Assembly: GCA_028864975.1 (NCBI GenBank)
Contig: JAGWLG010000005.1
Coordinates: forward strand, 32,001-96,000
DNA length: 64,000 bases
Reading direction: 5' to 3'
Origin: Thermoplasmata archaeon
GTDB lineage: Archaea > Thermoplasmatota > Thermoplasmata > Lutacidiplasmatales > UBA184
This document shows, piece after piece, positions 57,801 to 64,000 of the stretch. The translations under genes and the position numbers were made by a program. The notes under the pieces were generated by a model. It worked only from the letters and a program-made list of their open reading frames with translations, was not told the DNA's origin and ran no database searches. Each line of letters starts with the position of its first letter. The first letter of the stretch is position 1.

Positions 57801-58408
57801 ACCTGGAACCCAAGGCGCGCCCGAAGGACCCGGAGACGCTGCGGGTCGCTCCCAAGATCCACCGCCATCGCGACTCTCACTCCCACCGGCATCCCTCGAC
57901 GTCCGAGGAGGACGCTGAGAGCTCCTCGGGCCAGGTCGCTGTCGTGCGCCTGAAGAAGCCCTCGGGGGCTGCTCCGACCACGGCTTCGCGGCCAAGCCGC
58001 GCCACCGCGGCACCGGACGAAGAGGAAGGGTCGGAGGAGCAGGAGGCCGAAGAGGGGCCGGCGTCACCTCCCACCAAGCGGAGCGGGACCAAGGGCGCGG
58101 AACGTCCCGTCAAGATCGAGCAGGTGGGGGAGGAGACCTCTTCTGCGGACGAGGAAGAGGATGAAGAGGAGCCCGGTCCTGACGAGCTCAAGAAGCTCCC
58201 CGTGGTGCTCCGACACCCGGAACCTCCGACGGAGGAGGTTGAGGGGGCCCATGGCCCCCGAAGCCCACCTTCCTCCCGCCACGTCGCGCCTTCCTCGGAC
58301 AGGGAGACGGAGGACGAAGAGGGGCCTCGGGCTCCCACCCCGAAGTCCGTCCCGCCCAAGCGTCCCGCACCCCGCCCGAAGTCCGAGGACGAGGAACCGA
58401 CGCTCTGA
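54866..58408 (+). CDS. PQQ-like beta-propeller + PKD + FnIII-like surface protein with TM and acidic tail
   Basis: Repeats of A.D..TG..LW, PTTVGGLVY, W.FSDG PKD, FnIII-like LWVLWNAP units, TM FWFWAFFVLLVVALFWV; true start probably near 55001. Confidence 0.8.
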   Translation: MKGRFPRSSVRWLSRCPGGPFRSLGGEAWSGTLASTPRGSELRIGVLAVMLVLLSSSLPLAFSAADHPAVLSPSSIGSAVGSPRGNEIQVPAVPEGLPTPSAPPAPPSLPPPPVVGWPTPRGPATENGSSTGFAPEVPSAGSPPSLLGVAALGRAASNLTGMAVSPGGPLLLALRNGTVGAFGAQDLAPLWTAKAHEPLVAGPTTVGGLVYAMGSSGRLFAWDVGSGVQVWNTSLGAPDLGAAPVPYQGDLFVLTQKNLSVVNGTTGALLFVGGNSSADPTHALAVSGGLLYAQAVGGLDAFTAFGRLWNFTPQFFTHEGAPLFSDGLVAVAGPSGNLSGGLNGPHVWKVRLNSGHAPLLEAAASNGRIYATDGVGPLHALEASSGNSLWETSFYTEGPPTAVGQQVFVGANLTALGDGVAAVNATTGALLWFFETAKPVNSTVVVADGDLYAMDESGNLTALGSPPLQVFASSSPTADAGVGTPFTFTAWTSGGAGSPLQFSWMFSDGAKNVGSSVQHAFSVAGPAWAQVIASDQEGAWAGPFVVNVTVDPALTAKLQLSPSSGPAPFWTNATVTVAGGHAPYSLSLQVQGTQPEWLHPASLNSALNFTLPGTDWVTASVNDTVGDRTLFGPVQVVVTPAAFAPPSVQLVAPTPGALWVLWNAPPEPGFEAWVVNVSIDHGAAMQSVRLAATNASSYLFGGLSMDSQLSVQVARETSFGWFASTPINTTTALVAPTISAAATPGFPGQATLSWSLAVPIDLHQGNATWTVNMSLPGSSAPTSLPASAPVDGIGEFVAPVVPDLASTEFQLYVHTFDAHALSPAVSFAPLLSPPTLQVVGGPLGLHVSWNAASLPEFSSVRVCYSTDLTTWSCPFNDPSPVNTSWVVVPRAGTYDVNVTAVAGNGFAASSTVVVATVLPGTTGAIWYATPLVGVPFWFWAFFVLLVVALFWVGSRLLRERRGIPPYLGEVMPWDPLAPDLEPKARPKDPETLRVAPKIHRHRDSHSHRHPSTSEEDAESSSGQVAVVRLKKPSGAAPTTASRPSRATAAPDEEEGSEEQEAEEGPASPPTKRSGTKGAERPVKIEQVGEETSSADEEEDEEEPGPDELKKLPVVLRHPEPPTEEVEGAHGPRSPPSSRHVAPSSDRETEDEEGPRAPTPKSVPPKRPAPRPKSEDEEPTL

Positions 58409-58455
58409 AGGGTCGGTCGTGCTCCGTTTCGGTAGTCGGGCCAGCATCCCTGTAG

Positions 58456-58468
58456 CGCTATATAGAAC
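58456..58468 (+). promoter_or_regulatory. TATA box of phoU
   Basis: CTATATAGA about 23-31 bp upstream of ATG 58489. Confidence 0.6.
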
Positions 58469-58488
58469 ACGTCGGTCGAACGGGGTCG

Positions 58489-59604
58489 ATGCGGACCCCC
58501 GGGGGGTACGAGGGACGGCGGATCCAGCGGACGGGCGGTAGCACCTTCATCGTGTCGCTCCCGAAGACCTGGGTGACGTCCCGGGGCCTCGTCGCGGGGG
58601 ACGTGCTGCTCTTCGCGCCCCGTCCCGACGGGTCGCTCACCCTCTACACGCCCGAAGGCAGCACGAGCGAACCGGCCCGTCGTTCGATCACGGTCTCGAA
58701 CGACATGGACCGGGACCATCTTTTCCGTCTCCTCGTCGCCGAGTACATCGCCGGGGCGACGCTCCTCGAGGTGAGGACCCCCGGGAGGATGAGCGCCGAG
58801 ACGCGAGAGGTGGTCCGGGACTTCGCCCAGCACATGATCGGTCCCGAGATCCTAGAGGAGTCCGCGGAAGCGGTCGTTCTCCAAGATGTCGTGGGCGCGA
58901 ACCCGCTCCCGCTCCCTTCCGTCATCCGCCGTATGCATCACATGGTCCGTGCGATGCACGCGGATGCCATGACCGCCTTCTCCACCCACGACACCGCGAT
59001 CGCCCAAGACGTCCAGGCCCGCGACTGGGAAGTGGACCGTCTCCATTGGTTCGTCCAGAAACAGGTCGCGGTCGCCCTTCGCGACCAGCGGCACCTGGCG
59101 TCCCTCGGCCTCACGCTCCCCGAATGCTCGACCCTGCTCCAGGCCTCGCGCGTCTTGGAGAGGATCGCGGACCACGCCGTCCGTGTGGCCGAAGTGACGG
59201 ACCTGGTCGGCGCGACCCCGGTGCCCCGGCCTCAGGTCGAGGAGCTGGTCCGTCTGTCGGAGACCGCGCGGCGTTTGCTCGACACGGCCGTCGAAACGCT
59301 CTTCTCCGGTGATGCCCGAGGGGCGAACAGCATCCTCGACGACTCCGAACGGCTCGTCCAGCACCGAAGGAAGCTCCTGGACAACTTCTTCTCACGGCCC
59401 GGACGCGTGGCGGTCGCCCTCGCCTACGTCCTGGAGAGCCTCGAGCGCACCTCGCTCTATGCGAGCGACCTCGCCGAGATCGCGATCAACCACGCCGTGG
59501 AGCGGCAGCTCCTCGAGTCGACTTCCAAGCCCGTCGCTCCCCGCTCCGTCGCCCGGACCGCGGCATCTGCGAAGGACTCCGCCGTCGCGCCTCCGCGGGC
59601 GTGA
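58489..59604 (+). CDS. phoU: Archaeal phosphate uptake regulator (AbrB-like N-terminus + two PhoU domains)
   Basis: RRIQRTGGSTFIVSLPKTWV, DWEVDRLHWF, LERIADHAVRVAE, SLERTSLYASDLAEIAIN. Confidence 0.9.
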   Translation: MRTPGGYEGRRIQRTGGSTFIVSLPKTWVTSRGLVAGDVLLFAPRPDGSLTLYTPEGSTSEPARRSITVSNDMDRDHLFRLLVAEYIAGATLLEVRTPGRMSAETREVVRDFAQHMIGPEILEESAEAVVLQDVVGANPLPLPSVIRRMHHMVRAMHADAMTAFSTHDTAIAQDVQARDWEVDRLHWFVQKQVAVALRDQRHLASLGLTLPECSTLLQASRVLERIADHAVRVAEVTDLVGATPVPRPQVEELVRLSETARRLLDTAVETLFSGDARGANSILDDSERLVQHRRKLLDNFFSRPGRVAVALAYVLESLERTSLYASDLAEIAINHAVERQLLESTSKPVAPRSVARTAASAKDSAVAPPRA

Positions 59605-59675
59605 GAGGCCACGAGGCGATCCTCGGCCCTACGGGCGGTGCCCGCAAAGCTTTGTGGAGGAGCTCTTCCGGTCCT

Positions 59676-61622
59676 ATGATGCGAACGGCGGCGATCGGTT
59701 CAGCGGGGGCCGTCCGCCTCGTCGCCGCCGCCTTGGTGGTCTCCTCCCTTCTCCTCACTCCCTCGTATTCCTCCGTCCCGCAAGGAACCGGGCCGATGGC
59801 GACCCACGCCTCGGTCGCACCGAGCTTGGCTAGGATGCCCGGTACTCCCACGGCCCAGGTGCCGAACGCCCCCCATCTTCCGTCTCAGGCCTGCCCCGTT
59901 TCCTTGCCGTTACGGAGCGCGCTGGGGCTCGGCGCAGATCACCTGTCCGGACCCGGTTCGGTCCCCTTCGGGGGAGCCGGGGGCCTCTCGGCTCACAGCG
60001 TGGACCCCCTGGCCGTCCCGAACAACGGTTTCGAGTACAACGTGACGGCGTACAGGATGCCCACGACCGGGATGGGCACCCTCCTGCTCTCTGAACAGGA
60101 GGAGATCGCCGGGGTCGGGGGACTCGCCTCGCAGGACCTTCTGATGGGGTACATCTCGAACAGCTCGTTCACGGGACCCGGGGAGGTGCCGTTCTGGGCG
60201 GTGGTGGACAATGCTACCGGGCACATCGTGAACTGCGGGTACACCGTCAGCACGCCCAACGCCGGCGCGACCTACCCGTTCCAAGCCCTCTACGTGGCCA
60301 ACCGGACCTGGGAGGTCCTGTACCATGGGAACGCCTTCGCGGGATCGGACAATATCACGCTCAACGGCACGGAGGCGACCTGGACCGGGAGCCTGGGGGT
60401 CGTGACGTATGCGGCGTGGAACGGCACGTCCCCGTGGGTACCCTCTCTCATCTCGGTGCCGAGCAGCATGCACGTGCGTCAAGGGAACCGCTGGTACCTT
60501 CCCCATCCCGTCGCGGCCAGCTGGAATGGCACCGCGCTCCCCTCCTGGGGAGAAGCGGGGACCGTCCAACGCGGGTACCTCGCCCCCGGGGCCTTGGATG
60601 TGGGGACCTCCGTCGCGACCGTGACCAACGGGACCGAGCTCTGGACCAGCGCGTCGCCGACCCCCCTCACCGTCTCCGTGAGCGCCAACGCCACCCACGT
60701 CGTGGGGGGCTCGACGGTGGCCCTCACGGTGACCGCCCTCGCTTCGAACGTGGCGATCCCTGGGCTCAATGTCTCGATGACGAGCAACGCGGTGGGGGGA
60801 GCCTTCTCACCCGCCCTTCCCTGGAGGTTGAACGCGACCGGCGTGGCCCGGGGGAACTACACCTCCCCGCTGGTCTCCTCCTCGACCTCCGTGACGCTCA
60901 CGGCCTACGTGGGGAACGGTCAGTTCCAGGGGTCGGGGAGCGCCCCTACCCTCACCGTCTCCCCCACCTCGCTCACCGTGTCGGTCCTCCTCTCCTCGTT
61001 CTCGGTCGCTCCGGGGGGTAGCGTGAACGTGACGGTCGTCGTCGACCACGCGGGGCAAGGGGTCGAGGGGGTCAACCTCAGCTTCTCGGCCAGCGTGGGC
61101 GGCGGGGTCTTCACGCCCGCCGCACCGTGGATGACCGCTCGGGGAGGGTTCGCGAACGGTTCGTACCTGGCCCCCGCGGCCCCGGGACCGGTCGCCCTGA
61201 CGTTCACGGTGGAGTTCCTGGGGTTCAGCGGAAGCACCACCGCCCACCTCAACGTGACGGGATCCTCCTCGCCCACCCCCTCGGCCTGGTCGGAGACCTC
61301 GGTCATCGTGATCGACGCCGTTCTCGCCGTGGTCCTCTTGGGGTTGGCCCTCGCCTATCTTAGGGCCCGGACCCCCCGTACCCCCGAGAGCGAAGAGGAG
61401 ATCGACGAGGACTGGGACGACGATATCAGCGCTACGAAGAGTGCCGAGGAGCCTCCCCTGCTCCCCGACGACACCCCGTCGGCATCCGAGGTCGAGCCCG
61501 CCCCGGTGGGGGGCCCGACCTGCCCCGCGTGCGACGCGCCGCTGGGGTCCGAAGCGAGGCGCTTCTGCCCGAAGTGCGGCACGCCCCTATCGACCGCCGA
61601 GCGCGGCGGCCCCAAGACGTAG
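59676..61622 (+). CDS. Secreted surface protein with Ig-like domains, TM and cytoplasmic zinc ribbon
   Basis: Signal region, two similar Ig-like units (GG.F.PA.PW...G.A.G.Y..P), TM VIVIDAVLAVVLLGLALAYL, CPAC..FCPKCG. Confidence 0.8.
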   Translation: MMRTAAIGSAGAVRLVAAALVVSSLLLTPSYSSVPQGTGPMATHASVAPSLARMPGTPTAQVPNAPHLPSQACPVSLPLRSALGLGADHLSGPGSVPFGGAGGLSAHSVDPLAVPNNGFEYNVTAYRMPTTGMGTLLLSEQEEIAGVGGLASQDLLMGYISNSSFTGPGEVPFWAVVDNATGHIVNCGYTVSTPNAGATYPFQALYVANRTWEVLYHGNAFAGSDNITLNGTEATWTGSLGVVTYAAWNGTSPWVPSLISVPSSMHVRQGNRWYLPHPVAASWNGTALPSWGEAGTVQRGYLAPGALDVGTSVATVTNGTELWTSASPTPLTVSVSANATHVVGGSTVALTVTALASNVAIPGLNVSMTSNAVGGAFSPALPWRLNATGVARGNYTSPLVSSSTSVTLTAYVGNGQFQGSGSAPTLTVSPTSLTVSVLLSSFSVAPGGSVNVTVVVDHAGQGVEGVNLSFSASVGGGVFTPAAPWMTARGGFANGSYLAPAAPGPVALTFTVEFLGFSGSTTAHLNVTGSSSPTPSAWSETSVIVIDAVLAVVLLGLALAYLRARTPRTPESEEEIDEDWDDDISATKSAEEPPLLPDDTPSASEVEPAPVGGPTCPACDAPLGSEARRFCPKCGTPLSTAERGGPKT

Positions 61623-61644
61623 GGCACTTGTGGGTGTGAGGCGC

Positions 61645-62082
61645 TCAGCGCCCCGCTGAGGAACGGCGGCAGGCAGGGCAGTACCCCGTGAAGCTCACGG
61701 CGAGGGCCCGGACCTCCCAGCCCTCGGGAGACGTGATCGCGACCTCGGCGAGTTCCTTGCGGGGCCCTTCGGGAATGGTCCACCGGACGATCCGTCCGCA
61801 CCCTTCGCAAACCAGGTGACCGGTGGGAACGAATGATGACACCGAGACGACTCGCACCTCGGGTGGCTTTTCGGGGGTCTCCGGCCGGACCGGCCCTTCG
61901 ACCAGGTCGGAAGGATCGCTCGCCTCTACCTGCGGGATCCCGAGCGAAGCACGCAGGACCTGACCCAAATTCGTCTCGTTGGGGGTGGCCGGGACCGGCA
62001 AGTGCGAACGGGACACGCCTGACCGGGAGGACGCGCGCTTGCGACCGGGGGAGCGCGAGGTTCCTCGGGCCTTTTTCGGCAT
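61645..62082 (-). CDS. Fur/PerR-like C-terminal zinc-binding domain protein
   Basis: GHLVCEGCGRIV..SFTGYCPACR; CTATAAC box about 25 bp upstream of ATG 62082. Confidence 0.65.
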   Translation of the reverse strand: MPKKARGTSRSPGRKRASSRSGVSRSHLPVPATPNETNLGQVLRASLGIPQVEASDPSDLVEGPVRPETPEKPPEVRVVSVSSFVPTGHLVCEGCGRIVRWTIPEGPRKELAEVAITSPEGWEVRALAVSFTGYCPACRRSSAGR

Positions 62083-62193
62083 GACCGACCATCGGATGTG
62101 GTGGGTTATAGACCTGTCAGGGGCGGGAACGCGACCCCATAGGCCCGTCGGGGAACTCGCGTTCGCGCCTGGCCCTCTCCCGGTCTTCTCTCC

Positions 62194-62982
62194 TTACTCA
62201 GAGGCAGGGATGAGGGGTACGTGGAGGATGGCCATCACGGCGAGACCGAAGCAGCTCAACCCAACGAACAGCGGGACCACGATCGCGTCGACCAGCGTGA
62301 GCGAGGTGGCGTAGTTCGCGAGGGGGCCGTACGAGACCCAGAAGGAAGGGATCGAGAGCAAGTAGTGCATCACCGTCAGGTCGGGAACCACTCCGGGGAG
62401 GTTCCCCAGCAGGAACTCCCAGAAGAACGCGTAGACCAGTCCCACCAGCAGGGCCCTTCGGGTCAGAAGTCCTAGGAGGAGGTAGAACGCGCCGTAGGCG
62501 ATCAGACCGAGCGTCGTGGAGACGAGCAGGGAAGGGAGGACCCCCGCGAGGTCCGTCGAGCTCTGGGGCGCGCCCAAAGCCACGATGCCGTAGGTGACCA
62601 GCACGGAAGGGAGCAGGAACACCGTCCCCAGGAGCAGATAGCCCACGTACTTCCCCAGGACCACCGCGGGCTTGCCGAGGGTCCGCGTCACGAGGTAACC
62701 CATGCTCTGCTCGTCGATCTCCTCCCGGAGGAGCGGCACGGCGAGCAGGAGCGCGACCAGGAGAAGGACCAGAGGGAGGAAGAGCTGAACGACAAGGACC
62801 TCGTAGACCGAGACCAGCGCGCTCCCTTGCGTTCCGTCCGCCAGAAGACCTCCCACGAGGACCGACGGGAAGAAGGCGAGCAGCAGGAGCCCGAGCGCCC
62901 TCCAGCTCTTCGCCGTGGCGAGGAACGTGGTCCGAGCGAGGACCCAGGTGGGCCAGAGAGGAAAGATCGTCCCCGCCTTCAT
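62194..62982 (-). CDS. ABC-2 type exporter permease
   Basis: About six TMs, LREEIDEQSMGYLVTRTLGKPAVVLGKY. Confidence 0.85.
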   Translation of the reverse strand: MKAGTIFPLWPTWVLARTTFLATAKSWRALGLLLLAFFPSVLVGGLLADGTQGSALVSVYEVLVVQLFLPLVLLLVALLLAVPLLREEIDEQSMGYLVTRTLGKPAVVLGKYVGYLLLGTVFLLPSVLVTYGIVALGAPQSSTDLAGVLPSLLVSTTLGLIAYGAFYLLLGLLTRRALLVGLVYAFFWEFLLGNLPGVVPDLTVMHYLLSIPSFWVSYGPLANYATSLTLVDAIVVPLFVGLSCFGLAVMAILHVPLIPASE

Positions 62983-63911
62983 GGGGTCCCCTTCGACAAG
63001 TAGCGGAAGACGGCCTCCAGGCTGTCGTCCAGGCTGCGGACGCCCGTGATCGAGATCCCGTCCTGGAGCGCCAGGCCCGGGAGGTCGTCGAAGAAGCTGT
63101 TCGGGGAAGAGGTGAGGACCGTGACCCGGTCCGGCCCACTGAACTGGAGGCTGAAGACGTCCGGGCGCTCAGCGAGGACCCGCGCGAGCGGTCGGGGCGT
63201 GGAGGTCTCGAGCTCGATCGCGTGGGGGTGCTGGTCCAAGAGCTCCCGGATCCGATGAAGGTCACCCTGCGCGAGCGCCTGCCCGTTCGCGATCATCACG
63301 ATGTTGTCCGTGAGCCGCTCGACCTCGTGGAGCACGTGCGAACTGATGATCAGGTGATGTCCCGAGGTCGCGAGCTCCCGAAAGAGCTGGAGGAGGCGTG
63401 CCCGCCCGACGGGGTCCGTGCCGTTGAGCGGCTCGTCCAGAAGCAGGACCTTCGGGTCGTGGGCGATCGCCTGGGCCATCTTCACGCGCTGTCGCATCCC
63501 CTTGCTGAACGTGCGGATCTGTCGGTCCTTGACCGAGAGAAGTTCCACGGTCGCGAGGGCGGCCAGGGTCTTCTCCTGCGCTTCCACCGGCGTGAAACCG
63601 TCGAACTCGAGGAGGGTACGAACGAACTCCTGGGGGGTCATCCAGCCGTAGAGCCCCCCATGGTCCGGGCAGTACCCCAGGTCGCGGTTCCGCTCCGGAT
63701 GGTTCCACACCGGCCCGCCCAGCAGCGTCATGCTGCCCGCATCGAGCGGAAGAAGGCCGGCGAGAACTCGGAAGAAGGTGGACTTTCCTGCGCCGTTCGG
63801 TCCGACGAGCCCGGTGATCCCCGGGGGGAAGCTGGCCGTGAAGCGGTTGAGCCCGAGGACCTCCTTGTAGCGACGGGTCGCTTCGTGCGCTTCCACGACC
63901 GCGGGGCACAT
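62979..63911 (-). CDS. ABC transporter ATP-binding protein
   Basis: GPNGAGKST, FSKGMRQRV, LLLDEPLNGTD, ISSHVLHEVE. Confidence 0.95.
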   Translation of the reverse strand: MCPAVVEAHEATRRYKEVLGLNRFTASFPPGITGLVGPNGAGKSTFFRVLAGLLPLDAGSMTLLGGPVWNHPERNRDLGYCPDHGGLYGWMTPQEFVRTLLEFDGFTPVEAQEKTLAALATVELLSVKDRQIRTFSKGMRQRVKMAQAIAHDPKVLLLDEPLNGTDPVGRARLLQLFRELATSGHHLIISSHVLHEVERLTDNIVMIANGQALAQGDLHRIRELLDQHPHAIELETSTPRPLARVLAERPDVFSLQFSGPDRVTVLTSSPNSFFDDLPGLALQDGISITGVRSLDDSLEAVFRYLSKGTP

Positions 63912-64000
63912 CAGTCCGTGACCACCTCCAGGCGACTCAGACGGAGATAGGCGAGCACGAACAGCACCGGGATGAGCACTAGCAGGACCGTGAGGGCCAC
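63911..64000 (-). CDS. C-terminal fragment of a probable second ABC permease (runs off window end)
   Basis: VALTVLLVLIPVLFVLAYLRLSRLEVVTD*; TGATG overlap with the ATP-binding gene. Confidence 0.65.
   Translation of the reverse strand: MALTVLLVLIPVLFVLAYLRLSRLEVVTD

Noticed and set aside
1-64000. CRISPR array associated with the Cas4-like gene
   Set aside because: I saw no regularly spaced 25-40 bp repeats with unique spacers; the repeats found are intragenic coding repeats
1-64000. Hundreds of long Arg/Pro/Gly-rich overlapping ORFs in the track (e.g. 23249-25063 upstream part, 28796-30472, 30542-32554, 54503-57154)
   Set aside because: Shadow frames of genuine genes in GC-rich DNA, with no family motifs

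Overview
GC-rich archaeal chromosomal window. Archaeal origin is supported by TATA-like boxes about 25-30 bp upstream of start codons, a tRNA with a bulge-helix-bulge intron, an AbrB-PhoU regulator, ThpR and an HPS-RraA fusion; Thermoplasmata is my inference. About half the window (ten genes, about 31 kb) encodes large secreted, membrane-anchored surface proteins with Kelch-like, PKD, PQQ-like or Ig-like repeat domains. These lie among housekeeping genes: moaA, a HIT protein, a DnaJ paralog, a MoxR-DUF58 operon, a proline/sarcosine dehydrogenase-like pair, phoU and an ABC transporter. The most striking region is 6.3-22.2 kb. It holds a membrane-anchored PKD-TM-winged-helix protein and a STAND ATPase-TPR protein with the same winged-helix subfamily. 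An 11-bp-period GATACGC direct repeat sits just upstream of the TATA boxes of two paralogous surface-protein genes. A multi-domain, membrane-anchored putative peptidoglycan hydrolase (DPBB-like + 2 LysM + GH18 + Amidase_6-like) ends inside an intron-containing tRNA-Glu gene. Also present are a solo Cas4-like nuclease and a VirD4/HerA-like ATPase-nuclease fusion coupled to an orphan DNA methyltransferase. I saw no CRISPR array, rRNA or integrase. All family calls come from motif recognition by eye, with no database searches; most other ORFs in the track are GC-rich shadow frames.
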